Assembly: GCA_963714015.1 (NCBI GenBank)
Contig: OY970223.1
Coordinates: forward strand, 1,344,001 to 1,408,000
Direction: 5' to 3'
Origin: Vulcanimicrobiota bacterium
Lineage (GTDB): Bacteria; Vulcanimicrobiota; Vulcanimicrobiia; Vulcanimicrobiales; Vulcanimicrobiaceae
DNA: 64,000 bases
The notes below the pieces were generated by a model. That model did no database searches and was not told the DNA's origin. It saw only the letters and a list, made by a program, of their open reading frames with translations. Of this stretch, positions 49,639 to 59,831 are shown one piece after another; the stretch's first letter is position 1; every line of letters begins with the position of its first letter. The position numbers and the translations under genes were made by a program.

Positions 49639-50861
49639 GGCTGCTCCGGCATCTGCTGTTGCTGCTGCAACTGGTCGGGCTTTGCTCCGAGCGTAACGGT
49701 AACGAGACGGCGGCTGCCGGTGCTCTGGTCCCAAATCTGGAGCGTCACTTTATCACCCGCTTTCAGCTTGCCGACGGCGTCCATGAGCGTGCTCGGATCG
49801 CTGTACGACTTTCCGTTCATTTGGAGGATGACGTCGCCGGGGTTCAAGCCCGCCTGGTCGGCCGGCGTGCCCTGGATGACCTGCTGAATTCCGACGCCTC
49901 CCGAGTCCCGATAGCCGGTCTGGCTGCGGAAGCCGTTGTCGACAGCCGTGAGCGCCACACCGAGGAATGCCTGCGCGGGCGGCATCGTGATGCCCGGATG
50001 AGCGATCATCTGCTCGGCGTCTTTCCGTACGAGGTTAGAGGGGATGGCAAAACCGATGCCTTCGGCGCCGCCGCGCAGCGTCGACTGATTGACGCCGATG
50101 ACGTTGCCCTCGATGTCGACCAGCGGTCCGCCCGAGTTGCCCGGATTAATGGGTGCGGAAGTCTGAAGCAGACCTTTGAAGGTGATAGTCTGCCCCGCCT
50201 CGTTCTGAATCGGCTCCTGCCGGTCGAACGCGGAGACGACACCGACTGTAACGGACTGCTGCAACTCGTACGGTTCGCCGATAGCGATCGCCCACTGCCC
50301 TTGCTCCAGACGGTCCGAGTCCGCCAAACTAAGCGGAGGCGGCAGATTGCTTGTGCCGACGCGGATAATCGCCAAATCGGCTCCGACGTTCTCGGCGATG
50401 ATCCTCGCCGCTTCGTGCCGTCCGTTCCCGAAGACGACGGTGATGTTGCTCACTTGCGAGCCGGGAATCGGCGGCCGCACGACGTGAGCGTTCGTGACGA
50501 TGTCGCCGTTGCGGTCGAAGACGAATCCCGAACCGGAGTCCTTGCCTTTGAACGGCTGAGCGACGCTCGGAGGCGCGCCGCCGAACATCTGCGAGAACGG
50601 ATCGGTCGGCTGGTAAATTTGGCCGTTCACGGTGACGTCGATGGCAACCACCGATGGTTTCACCCGCTTGACGGCATTCACGATACGATCTTGGTCGCTG
50701 CCGCCGCCGTTCAGCGGCGCGGCGCTGACCGCCGGAGGAGTATCATTCGGACCGGCTGCGTTCGTGAAATGGCTGCTCGCGTAGAGCATCATGACGAACG
50801 AGCCGACGACTGCGCCCACCAAAGCGACGATCGCGGTGGGCAATACACGATTTCTCAACAT
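49635..50861 (-). CDS. htrA: HtrA/DegP family serine protease with one PDZ domain
   Basis: N-terminal TM, GSGF, TNAHVV, DLA, INPGNSGGPL, C-terminal PDZ. Confidence 0.93.
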   Translation of the reverse strand: MLRNRVLPTAIVALVGAVVGSFVMMLYASSHFTNAAGPNDTPPAVSAAPLNGGGSDQDRIVNAVKRVKPSVVAIDVTVNGQIYQPTDPFSQMFGGAPPSVAQPFKGKDSGSGFVFDRNGDIVTNAHVVRPPIPGSQVSNITVVFGNGRHEAARIIAENVGADLAIIRVGTSNLPPPLSLADSDRLEQGQWAIAIGEPYELQQSVTVGVVSAFDRQEPIQNEAGQTITFKGLLQTSAPINPGNSGGPLVDIEGNVIGVNQSTLRGGAEGIGFAIPSNLVRKDAEQMIAHPGITMPPAQAFLGVALTAVDNGFRSQTGYRDSGGVGIQQVIQGTPADQAGLNPGDVILQMNGKSYSDPSTLMDAVGKLKAGDKVTLQIWDQSTGSRRLVTVTLGAKPDQLQQQQQMPEQP

Positions 50862-50907
50862 GCCTCAAACACTAACGAAATGCGGTAATAGAGCGTTCTA
50901 CCCGAAA

Positions 50908-50933
50908 TACGCAAAAAGGTAGCGGACCGTTCC
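50908..50933 (-). promoter_or_regulatory. ECF-sigma-type promoter upstream of htrA
   Basis: Minus strand GGAAC-N17-CGTA. Confidence 0.6.
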
Positions 50934-50979
50934 CCGCGGGCCGTTGCCGCCCCCGCCGTGGGGCGCAGCGTCCAATTCG

Positions 50980-51711
50980 CTACGGAAGAATGGCTGCCGT
51001 TCCCACTGCCGCTCGCGCCGCCGGAGGGGCGTCCGAGACGATCAGCCCGTCTAGGACCCGCAAGATGCGCTTTGCGTGCGACGCGACGTTTTCGTCATGC
51101 GTCACCATAATGATCGTGCGTCCGCCGGCGTTCAATCGATCGAAGAGTGCCAATATCTCGGTACTCGTCTTGGAGTCCAGGTTTCCGGTGGGCTCGTCGG
51201 CGAGCAGCACCGCGGGATTGTTGACCAAAGCTCGGGCGATGGCCACGCGCTGCTGCTGTCCGCCGGAGAGTTCGGCCGGCTTGTGGCGCGCGCGATCGGC
51301 CAGGCCCACCTCCGTCAGCCGATCCATCGCCGCTTCATTGCGCCCCTTTGCGCCGATTCCGGCATAGAACAGCGGCAGTGCCACGTTCTTCAGCGCATCC
51401 GTGCGCGCGAGCAGATTGAAGCCTTGAAAGACGAAGCCGAGCTTTTTCAGGCGGATCTGCGCCAGTTCGTTGTCGCCGAGTTTGGAGACGTCGACGCCGT
51501 CGAGCAAGTATGTCCCCGTGGTAGCGCGGTCCAAGCACCCGAGCACGTTCATGAGCGTCGACTTTCCGGAGCCCGACGGTCCCATGATCGCCACGTACTC
51601 TCCCGATTCAATCGCAAACGAAACGCCGCGAAGCGCGTGCACCCGCATCTCGCCCATGTTGTACGTTTTGGTAACGTCGCGGACGTCTATGACTCTGCCG
51701 GTGTTATTCAT
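50980..51711 (-). CDS. MacB/LolD-type ABC ATP-binding protein
   Basis: [38 protein letters not shown]. Confidence 0.95.
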   Translation of the reverse strand: MNNTGRVIDVRDVTKTYNMGEMRVHALRGVSFAIESGEYVAIMGPSGSGKSTLMNVLGCLDRATTGTYLLDGVDVSKLGDNELAQIRLKKLGFVFQGFNLLARTDALKNVALPLFYAGIGAKGRNEAAMDRLTEVGLADRARHKPAELSGGQQQRVAIARALVNNPAVLLADEPTGNLDSKTSTEILALFDRLNAGGRTIIMVTHDENVASHAKRILRVLDGLIVSDAPPAARAAVGTAAILP

Positions 51712-52897
51712 ATCTTAGCGCTTCAATCGGATCGAGTTGCGCGGCCCGCATTGCCGGATACGTTCCGAACGCCAGCGTGACGAACGCGGTGAAGACAATC
51801 GTGATCGTCGCAGCTTGTATCCACGGCACGGGAGCGGTGTAGCCGGTAATCTTCACGATCGCGAAGGCGTTGACGGCCCACCCCAGAGCCAGTCCGATTG
51901 CCAGACCGATGCCGCAGCCGATGCCGCACAGCAGCAGTGCTTCGATGAAGAACTGAGCCATGATCTGTCCGCTGGTTGCGCCGATCGCCTTGCGCACGCC
52001 GATCTCTCGCGTCCGCTCAGTAACGGAGACCAGCATGATGTTCATGATGCCGATCCCGGCCACCAGCAGAGAAATGGCGCCGATGAACGCGACGACCACC
52101 GTCATCACGCTGAAGATGCCGTTGATGCCCTTGGTGAGCTGCGCTTTGTCGAACGTGCTGTAGGCCAGGCGCGGGTCGCCCCGCAGCTGACGAAGCTTTT
52201 GCATGACGGCGACTTCCGTGAAAGGCATCTGGGACGTGTCCTCGACGATGATTCGCGCCGATCCGATCTTGTCGCCGTGGAGGTAGTCGGCCATCACGGT
52301 TGTGTACGGCGCGGAGACGTCCCCTCCGAAATTCAGCGGCAGCAACCCTTGGCGAGGCGGTGCGAGCACCCCGACGATCTGGTAGCGCCGGGGGCCGACG
52401 TAGATGCTCTCGCCGACGGGATCGCCCCCGTGCGGAAAGAGTTTTTTGTACGCGCGGTCGGAGATTACCGCGACGCTTGCGCGCGTATCGATCTCGTCCT
52501 GCGTGAAGCGCCGGCCGTACTGGAGGGGCGCATTGTTGAACGGCTCGAGCGGGTCTCCTGCGATGAAGTAACGCGCTTGGTCGTGTCCGTGCCGTACCAA
52601 GTCCGTTTCGGCGATCATCGGAACCGCTTGTTTCACGTTCGGCAGTTGCGCGATTGCGAGCAGATCACTGCGGGTAACCATTGCCTTTACAAAATCGGTT
52701 TGCGTTCCGCTGGGCGACACGATGAACGAGTCGTCGGTCATCGTGCCCAGAGCACCGTTGAGCGCTCCCGACATGCTGTTGCCCAGAACTTGAATCGCGA
52801 TGACCGCGCCGACGCCGATGATGAGGCCCGTAACCGTTAGTAGCGACCGGATCTTGCTGCCGAAAATAACGCTGAGCGCCTCTTCGAAGAGCATCAT
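51704..52897 (-). CDS. MacB/FtsX family ABC permease
   Basis: [42 protein letters not shown]. Confidence 0.93.
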   Translation of the reverse strand: MMLFEEALSVIFGSKIRSLLTVTGLIIGVGAVIAIQVLGNSMSGALNGALGTMTDDSFIVSPSGTQTDFVKAMVTRSDLLAIAQLPNVKQAVPMIAETDLVRHGHDQARYFIAGDPLEPFNNAPLQYGRRFTQDEIDTRASVAVISDRAYKKLFPHGGDPVGESIYVGPRRYQIVGVLAPPRQGLLPLNFGGDVSAPYTTVMADYLHGDKIGSARIIVEDTSQMPFTEVAVMQKLRQLRGDPRLAYSTFDKAQLTKGINGIFSVMTVVVAFIGAISLLVAGIGIMNIMLVSVTERTREIGVRKAIGATSGQIMAQFFIEALLLCGIGCGIGLAIGLALGWAVNAFAIVKITGYTAPVPWIQAATITIVFTAFVTLAFGTYPAMRAAQLDPIEALRYE

Positions 52898-54084
52898 GCG
52901 CGGAGCGCCTCTATGGGATCCATGTTGGCCGCTCGCCACGCGGGATACAACCCGAAGATCATGCCCACTGCTCCGGAAAACGCGATCGCCAGCGAAACGA
53001 TCAGCACGTAAGGAATGATCACCTTACCAATCGTGGCGCTGATGTAGCTTGCGCCGCCGATGGTGATCAGCAAGCCCACGAGCATCCCCGTACCGCCGCC
53101 CGCGAATGCAAGCAGCACGGCCTCCATCAGAAACTGCAGTGCGATGTCATTGCGGCTCGCGCCGATCGACTTGCGCAAACCGATCTCGTGCGTACGTTCG
53201 GTAACGGAAACGAGCATGATGTTCATGATGCCGATGCCCGCCACGACGAGCGCAACGCCGCCGATCGCCGCAAGACCCGTGCCGATGATGGCCAGCACGT
53301 TTTCAAAGGTTTGAATCTGGGCCGCGCCGTTTTGTACGAAGTACTGCGCCCGGGGACCATGGATGTGCTGCAGCGCCTTGCGCGTGGCCGCGATCACTTC
53401 GTCGGCTTGCGAGGCGGAGGCGGGGTAGACCAAGAGATTGTCGATCGGGCCGGGGTCCAGATGATGCATTGCGGAGTACGGGATGGCCACAGTGTTCGAT
53501 CCGGCGAACGTGTTGAAGAACGAACCGCTCAGCGGTGAGTAGACGCCGATGACGGTAAAGCGGCTGCCGTTGATCGTCACCTCTTTACCGTAGGCCGACG
53601 TGCTGCCGAACAGAGCCTTCTCGACGTCGGGCGTCAACAGACAAACGTGAGCCGCCGCGTCGACGTCGTCAAGGTTGATGTGCCGGCCCTCGTTGAGTGC
53701 TGCGGTGTCGTATTGATCGCCGTCGGACTGAACGGATTCGTAAGCTTGTTTGTTGCCGAATCGCACGAGCCAATTGCGGCTGGCGTAGGGCATTACATAA
53801 GTTACCAGCGAACCGAGTTCCGCTCTGACTTCGGATGCGTCGCGGTATTGTATCTGGGCTTGATCCGGATAATCCTGAGTCGGATCGACCAGCGCCACTA
53901 TTGGGAGCTGCCCGAACGACGTGAAAGTGGCCGCGATGCCGCTCGTCGCACCGCGGCTTATGCCGAAGACGCCGATGATCGACGCCGTGCCGATGATCAT
54001 GCCGAGCGTGGTTAAGATGGAACGCGTGCGATTGCGCCAGAGCGCGCCCGCCGCTTCTCCCGCGTATGCGAGCAGACGCGTCAC
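52894..54084 (-). CDS. MacB/FtsX family ABC permease (second paralog)
   Basis: [39 protein letters not shown]. Confidence 0.93.
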   Translation of the reverse strand: MTRLLAYAGEAAGALWRNRTRSILTTLGMIIGTASIIGVFGISRGATSGIAATFTSFGQLPIVALVDPTQDYPDQAQIQYRDASEVRAELGSLVTYVMPYASRNWLVRFGNKQAYESVQSDGDQYDTAALNEGRHINLDDVDAAAHVCLLTPDVEKALFGSTSAYGKEVTINGSRFTVIGVYSPLSGSFFNTFAGSNTVAIPYSAMHHLDPGPIDNLLVYPASASQADEVIAATRKALQHIHGPRAQYFVQNGAAQIQTFENVLAIIGTGLAAIGGVALVVAGIGIMNIMLVSVTERTHEIGLRKSIGASRNDIALQFLMEAVLLAFAGGGTGMLVGLLITIGGASYISATIGKVIIPYVLIVSLAIAFSGAVGMIFGLYPAWRAANMDPIEALRA

Positions 54085-55376
54085 GTCGCGCTGGGCATCG
54101 GCGACGGCGAGGCTATCGTCACCGGCTCTTTGTCCTGTAATCCCGGGGTCTTTTGGGAGACGATTATCTCGCCCGGTGCAAGCCCGGACTCGATCGTCGT
54201 CTGCGTGTCGTTCGATTTGCCGGTCGTGACGGGAATCTTGTGGGCGACGCCCTTACGGACGAGGAAAACATAGCTCTTGCCGTTTTGCGTGACCAGCGCA
54301 TCGCTCGGAACCAGCAGCGAGTTCTTGACGTCGGCGGTGAGAATGTCGACGTCCACGGTCATTCCGTCTCGCAAATATGCGGGCGACGCGTCGAGAGCAA
54401 TCGTCGTAAGCACTTGCTTTGCAGTGCTCGACGTGTCGGTCGACTTCGTCGCGATTGGAGAAATTGCCGCGACGCGGCCGTCGATATTTTTGCCGGGAAA
54501 ATCTTCACCGGAGACGATCGCGGGTTGTCCCGCGTGCACGTTGATGATGTCTTGTTCGTCGACCTCGGCTTTGACGATGTAGCTTCTGCTCTCGGCAATC
54601 GTGAACAGCGCCTGACCGGCCGTGACCGGATCGCCCGGGCGAAGGTCGGTGAGCGGGTCACTGGGCTGCGTCGCAACGGATTGAATGACGCCGTCGAAAG
54701 GCGCAGTGATGCGCGTGAAGCCGAGCTGCTGCTGGTTCGCCTCGTTCACGAGAGCCATTTTCTTGGCGGTCGCTTGCGCGACGTCGACGCTGCTTTCCGC
54801 GCTGAAGCCGGTGACCGCTCCGAGGCGCAGTTGACGGACCGCCTGATCGTACGCGACTTGCGCCTGATCGAGTTTGGCCTTGTCGACGTCCAGAGTGTTT
54901 TGCGGAATCGCTTTGTTGGCAAGCAGCGCAACGTCCGCGTTGTAGACGCGTCGCGCTTCGTCCAAATTTGATTTGGCCGTCTGAACGCCCGCCTCGTACG
55001 TTACGCGCGCGTCCTGCGAATTGGTCTTGGCCGTTTGGATGCTGGCCTCGGCCTGATCGTAGTCCGCTTGCGAACTTGCGGCGTTCTGTTCGAGTGTCGG
55101 ATTATCGACTGTCGCAAGAAGCTCGCCCGCATAGACTGTCTGCCCTTCGTGCGCATAGATGTTGCCGAGGTTTCCGGCGACCAGCGTGGGGATTGTCGCG
55201 GTCCGCGGACGCTGCACGATGCCGTTTTCGGGCAATTTGGTTTCAAAATCGGAACGCTTGAGCGTTATCGTCTGAACCGAAATGCTGGGCGCGTCGCTAT
55301 GGTTGGACACCTTGGCGATCACCAATATCACGGCAAGAGCGGCCAGGATTCCGACGAAAACTAAGATTCGTTTCAT
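54081..55376 (-). CDS. Efflux periplasmic adaptor (MFP)
   Basis: N-terminal TM, lipoyl halves (EGQTV.AGELL; ITAPFDG), coiled coil, VDEQDI, GMT. Confidence 0.9.
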   Translation of the reverse strand: MKRILVFVGILAALAVILVIAKVSNHSDAPSISVQTITLKRSDFETKLPENGIVQRPRTATIPTLVAGNLGNIYAHEGQTVYAGELLATVDNPTLEQNAASSQADYDQAEASIQTAKTNSQDARVTYEAGVQTAKSNLDEARRVYNADVALLANKAIPQNTLDVDKAKLDQAQVAYDQAVRQLRLGAVTGFSAESSVDVAQATAKKMALVNEANQQQLGFTRITAPFDGVIQSVATQPSDPLTDLRPGDPVTAGQALFTIAESRSYIVKAEVDEQDIINVHAGQPAIVSGEDFPGKNIDGRVAAISPIATKSTDTSSTAKQVLTTIALDASPAYLRDGMTVDVDILTADVKNSLLVPSDALVTQNGKSYVFLVRKGVAHKIPVTTGKSNDTQTTIESGLAPGEIIVSQKTPGLQDKEPVTIASPSPMPSAT

Positions 55377-55383
55377 GCGCTAC

Positions 55384-56688
55384 CTATATGTCCGCGACGG
55401 CTGAATGAGGGTCGTAGATGCCCAGCGCCACTCGCAACTTCACGATTGCGTCGGCGTACGCTGCCCGGGCGGTGTATAAGTCGGTCTGCGCCGAAAGGGC
55501 GGACTGCTGACGCTGCTGCACGTCGACCAGCGTGATGATGCCGTGTTCATACTGCAGTTCGGCGACCCGCGCGGCTTCTAAAGCGTAGCGATTCTCGTCT
55601 TGCGCCGATGCGAGCTGCGCGAGAGCGGTTTGGGCTGCCCGGTACTGCTGTCGAACGTCGAGCTCGACTTGGCCCCGCGTCGAGTTCAACGTGATTTGCG
55701 CCGCGGCGATCTGATCGTTCAAGTTTCGATGATTTGCCGCGCGCGTGCCCCAGTCGAGAATCGGCAGCGAGATCGTCGAGGTTACGCCGAGCAGCCAGTA
55801 GCCGGGCGTTCCGCGCGGAACGAAGACTCCTTGCGCGGCCAACTGACCCGGGAGCGTCGGTGAGAACTGGTTGCCGATCTGCGCGAATGTTTGAATCTGC
55901 GGAAGAATATCCGTGTCCGCAGAGCGCCGGTTCGTCCGCGCAATCTGCACGCTGTCGAATGCCGAGGCGACCTCGGGCCGGTTAGACTTTGCAACCTCAA
56001 TCAGTTTGTCCAAAGGCTGCGAAGGCAGCGCGGGCTGCGGAACGGTCTGCGGAACGTTGAACTGCGTTTCGAGCGGAGCGCCTACGTCTTGCGCCAGCGA
56101 TTCGCGGGCATTTTCACTATCTGCCTCGGCGGCCTCGAGCGTGTAGCGCCCGCTTTCCTGCGCTGCGAGCGCGCTTAGAACATCCACGCCCGCCGCCATG
56201 CCTTCACGCTCCTTGGCTTGCGCGACCTGCAGCAGAACCTGCTGGTACTTCAAGTTGCCTTCGTCCACCCGGACCGCTTCCCGTTTATTTGCCAGATTGA
56301 AGAATGCGTCGGAGACGGTGTCCGTTACCTGTTCCTGGGCCTGAGCCAGATTGGCTTTGGCTTGATCGAGCTGCTGCTTGGCCAAGAGTTCTTGAAAGAA
56401 CGCAAGTCCGCCGTTGAACGTGTACGTCGTGCCCAGCGACGCGCTGTTCTGCGAGAAGACTGAAGCTTGCGGCACGCCGATGATGGAATAGCTGGAGTAG
56501 TTCTCCGACTTCTGCATTTGGTTCTGCAACTGTCCGGTGACGCCGGGGAGCGTTTGCGCTCGCTGCTTGACGTACTGCGATTGAGCTTGCGATACGAGAG
56601 CCCGCTGCTGTGCGACCGTTCCGCTATGGCCCATAGCGTAGTCTATCGCTTGCGCAAGCGTCAGCGCGGCGGCGAGAACGACCTGCAT
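55384..56688 (-). CDS. TolC family outer-membrane efflux protein
   Basis: LTLAQAI, duplicated helical repeats, NRPEV, SLPILDWG, YEHG...DV. Confidence 0.85.
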   Translation of the reverse strand: MQVVLAAALTLAQAIDYAMGHSGTVAQQRALVSQAQSQYVKQRAQTLPGVTGQLQNQMQKSENYSSYSIIGVPQASVFSQNSASLGTTYTFNGGLAFFQELLAKQQLDQAKANLAQAQEQVTDTVSDAFFNLANKREAVRVDEGNLKYQQVLLQVAQAKEREGMAAGVDVLSALAAQESGRYTLEAAEADSENARESLAQDVGAPLETQFNVPQTVPQPALPSQPLDKLIEVAKSNRPEVASAFDSVQIARTNRRSADTDILPQIQTFAQIGNQFSPTLPGQLAAQGVFVPRGTPGYWLLGVTSTISLPILDWGTRAANHRNLNDQIAAAQITLNSTRGQVELDVRQQYRAAQTALAQLASAQDENRYALEAARVAELQYEHGIITLVDVQQRQQSALSAQTDLYTARAAYADAIVKLRVALGIYDPHSAVADI

Positions 56689-56691
56689 TCG

Positions 56692-57420
56692 TCAGCGGGC
56701 GCCAAGGGAGATCAGCAGGCCGCTTATGACCAGCACGGTCAAGCCGCAAATCGATCCCGTGACTTTCGAGGTCCGGGCAACGTAGATCATCGCCATAGCA
56801 ATGAGCACCGCCGACCATATGCCCGTAACGCTGAAGGCAGCGAGGAACGCCGTGGCTTTTATCGAGGCGTGCGGAACCAGCCAAGCGAGGCTGGGAATCG
56901 CGCGGTATGCGTCCGCGGTGGAGTTGTAACTTGCCGCTCCCCGGACCAGCGCGATCAATCCGTTCAGTATGGAGTAGACGCCCAGCGATACGACGGCGAT
57001 GTTCATTGCCGCGCACCAAAGCTGCTTGAACCCGGCATCGCCGCGGCCGATGGCTTTGAAAATCAGCATCACGATGGTCGTGACGAGCGCGCCCAAGAAG
57101 ATGTAGATGATGGAGAAAATCCATGCCCATTTGGTAAAGCCGAGGATGCCGTTCAGGTAGCGCTGCTGCTGATCCGGCGTGAGTCCGGCGAGACCGGGGT
57201 TCGAGGCGACCATCGCGGGCCACCCGCCCTGCAGCGCGTGGATGGTCGCGGGCGTCGAAAGATATTGCCCGATACACGAAAGGACCGCGGCAATTACAAA
57301 TGCCCAGCCCCACATCGGCGCGATGCGAAGCGTTTCAAAAGCCTCACGCGGCGCGGCGACTACGTTCAGAGCGGTTACCGCGCCGTTCGCGCGCGGAGCC
57401 GCCGGTGTAGAAACGCTCAT
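56692..57420 (-). CDS. YIP1 family membrane protein (YknW-like)
   Basis: AP..AFE.L..P.W motif, about 5 TM segments; first gene of the exporter operon; GGAG RBS. Confidence 0.75.
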   Translation of the reverse strand: MSVSTPAAPRANGAVTALNVVAAPREAFETLRIAPMWGWAFVIAAVLSCIGQYLSTPATIHALQGGWPAMVASNPGLAGLTPDQQQRYLNGILGFTKWAWIFSIIYIFLGALVTTIVMLIFKAIGRGDAGFKQLWCAAMNIAVVSLGVYSILNGLIALVRGAASYNSTADAYRAIPSLAWLVPHASIKATAFLAAFSVTGIWSAVLIAMAMIYVARTSKVTGSICGLTVLVISGLLISLGAR

Positions 57421-57464
57421 CTCTCCATCCTCCTAACTCACGAAAGCAAGCATGCCGCCCGTAC

Positions 57465-57491
57465 TACGGACGGCAACGGAGGATTGTTTCA
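57465..57491 (-). promoter_or_regulatory. SigW-like ECF promoter upstream of the Yip1/TolC operon
   Basis: Minus strand TGAAAC-N17-CGTA. Confidence 0.65.
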
Positions 57492-57517
57492 ACGGGCGCA
57501 GGCGGGCGCGCCTTCAG

Positions 57518-57781
57518 CTACACTTTAAGGATTTGATCGACGGGCAAGCGCTGCTCGATAGCGCGGCGGACGCGTTCCAGGTGCTCGCTGCGCAATTCGA
57601 GCATCTCCAGCTGAAAGATGATTTTCGCGCGGCGCAGTGCTCGGGCGGAGTAGAGGTCCGAAGCGCTGCGAACGGCGGCGGACACGCGAGTCTTCGCGTG
57701 ATGTGCCGGCTTGGCCGCGGCGGCGGCGAAGGCCGCCAGAGCCAAGGTCAGCGCGACGGCGGTGCGGTAACGGAGAGGCAT
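57518..57781 (-). CDS. Possible small secreted hypothetical protein
   Basis: ATG start, signal-peptide-like MPLRYRTAVALTLALAAFAAAAA; fills an otherwise empty gap. Confidence 0.45.
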   Translation of the reverse strand: MPLRYRTAVALTLALAAFAAAAAKPAHHAKTRVSAAVRSASDLYSARALRRAKIIFQLEMLELRSEHLERVRRAIEQRLPVDQILKV

Positions 57782-57816
57782 GCCGTTCGTTCACGCCCCT
57801 TCCCGTTTGCGTCAAG

Positions 57817-59520
57817 ATGCGTAGCCCGGCGCCGGGCGCCCTTGTCGTCCCCGAGCCGCCCGCCGAGCCGTACCTCCGGATAGTCCCCCTGGGCGGCTGC
57901 GGCGAGATCGGCCGGAACATGACCCTGTTCGAGACGCACGACGACATCGTCGCGGTGGACTGCGGCTTGATGTTCCCCGACGAAGAGATGTACGGCGTCG
58001 ACGTCGTCATCAACGATTTCACGTATCTGCGCGAACGCCGTGAGAAGTTCCGCGCGGTGCTCGTGACGCACGGCCACGAAGATCACATCGGCGGCATACC
58101 GTACCTGCTGCGCGAGTTCAACGTGCCGCTCGTCGGAACGCCGCTCACGAACGCCCTCATAAAGGCCAAGTCGCGCGATCACAAGATGATGGGCGAGGCG
58201 ACGTTCGTCACGGTGCAGCCGGGAGAACGCGTGCGCTACGGAGGCATCGAGGCGGAGTTCATCCACATCAACCACTCGGTTTCGGGGGCTTGCTCGCTGG
58301 CTCTGCGCACGCCGGTAGGAACGATTTTTCATACCGGGGATTTCAAGTTCGACCAAACGCCGATCGACGGAAAGCCCGCCGACTTCGCCGCGATCGCGCG
58401 CGTAGGCGACGAAGGCGTGCTCTGCATGCTCTCCGACAGCACGAACGCCGAACGTCCCGGACATACGCTCTCCGAACGCGTCGTCGGCGAGGCGTTTACG
58501 AACGTCTTCTCGCACGCGAAGGGCCGGATCATCGTTGCGTCATTCGCCTCCAACGTGCCGCGAATCCAGCAAGTGATCGACCACGCGATTCAATTCGATC
58601 GGAAGATTGCGTTTTTGGGCCGCTCGCTGATGAACGTCGTGCATTTTGCGTCCGAGCTCGGCTATCTGCGCGTGCCGGGCGAGCGCACGATCCGGATCGA
58701 ACAGGTCGACGAGTTTCCGCCCGAACAGATCGTCGTGATGACGACCGGATCGCAGGGAGAGCCGATGAGCGCGCTTACGCGCATGTCGGTGCGCGATCAC
58801 GCCAAATTCAAGATCGTTCCGGGCGATACCGTCGTCATCAGCGCCACGCCGATTCCCGGAAATGAAAAAGGCGTGTACAAGACGATTAACAATTTGTACC
58901 GGCTCGGCGCCACGGTCGTTCATGGCACCGATGGACGCTCGCACGTCTCGGGGCATGCCTCGCAAGAGGAGCTCTTGCTGATGCTCAACCTCGTGCGGCC
59001 GGAATTCTTCATGCCGCTGCACGGCGAGTATCGCATGCTGGTGCAGCACGGCAAACTTGCGGCGCGCACCGGAGTGGACCCGCAGAACGTCTTCATCGTC
59101 GAAAACGGGGACGTGCTCGAATTCACCGCGGAATACGGCGACAAGATCGGTAAAACGTACGGCGGCCACGTCTTCGTCGACGGATCCAGCGTCGGCGACG
59201 TCGGCGAGGCGGTGCTGCGCGATCGGCGCCTGCTGGCGGCCGACGGTTTCATGATGGTCGTGGTAACGATCGACAGTGAAGAGGCCAGGGTCATTGCGGG
59301 CCCCGACCTGATCTCGCGCGGCGTCTTCTACGTTCCCGATTCGGACGGCGTCATGGATGAACTGCGCGCCCATCTCGTAATGCTGATCGAAGAAGTCTCG
59401 GTCGAAGGGCTTCGCGACGTCAACACGGTCAAGGAGCATATTCGCAACGGACTTTCCAAGGCAATCCACGCGCGCTACAAGCGCCGTCCGGTCATCGTGC
59501 CCGTCGTCATGGAGGTTTAG
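57817..59520 (+). CDS. rnj: Ribonuclease J
   Basis: PLGGCGEIGRNM, THGHEDHIG, HTGDFK, DSTN, TGSQGEP, HVSGHA, HGEYR; exact start uncertain. Confidence 0.95.
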   Translation: MRSPAPGALVVPEPPAEPYLRIVPLGGCGEIGRNMTLFETHDDIVAVDCGLMFPDEEMYGVDVVINDFTYLRERREKFRAVLVTHGHEDHIGGIPYLLREFNVPLVGTPLTNALIKAKSRDHKMMGEATFVTVQPGERVRYGGIEAEFIHINHSVSGACSLALRTPVGTIFHTGDFKFDQTPIDGKPADFAAIARVGDEGVLCMLSDSTNAERPGHTLSERVVGEAFTNVFSHAKGRIIVASFASNVPRIQQVIDHAIQFDRKIAFLGRSLMNVVHFASELGYLRVPGERTIRIEQVDEFPPEQIVVMTTGSQGEPMSALTRMSVRDHAKFKIVPGDTVVISATPIPGNEKGVYKTINNLYRLGATVVHGTDGRSHVSGHASQEELLLMLNLVRPEFFMPLHGEYRMLVQHGKLAARTGVDPQNVFIVENGDVLEFTAEYGDKIGKTYGGHVFVDGSSVGDVGEAVLRDRRLLAADGFMMVVVTIDSEEARVIAGPDLISRGVFYVPDSDGVMDELRAHLVMLIEEVSVEGLRDVNTVKEHIRNGLSKAIHARYKRRPVIVPVVMEV

Positions 59521-59522
59521 TT

Positions 59523-59831
59523 ATGCCGAAAACCACGCGCAAGTCGTTTCTGGCGGCGGCCGCGTCCGGTGCGCTGATAGCGGCTGCGCCGCCGTCGGCG
59601 CAGCCGTCGGGTTCGCCCTCACCTTCTCCGAAACCGCAGAAAGTATCGCAAGCAGCGCGGGCGCTTGCGGCTTCGATGCGCAAATTCGATCCGCAATTGA
59701 GCGATAAGGCGTTGGATAGAATCGCCGAAAACATCGACGGCAACCTGAAGATCGGCAACAGCATCAATCCAAAAGGCACGAAACTCAAGAACTGGGACGA
59801 ACCGGCGACGACGTTCGAGGCCACCGTATGA
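59523..59831 (+). CDS. Small Tat-signal-like protein, probable amidase partner subunit (GatC/AtzG-like)
   Basis: TRKSFL plus hydrophobic stretch; C-terminal L.N..EPATTF; ATGA overlap with the amidase. Confidence 0.7.
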   Translation: MPKTTRKSFLAAAASGALIAAAPPSAQPSGSPSPSPKPQKVSQAARALAASMRKFDPQLSDKALDRIAENIDGNLKIGNSINPKGTKLKNWDEPATTFEATV

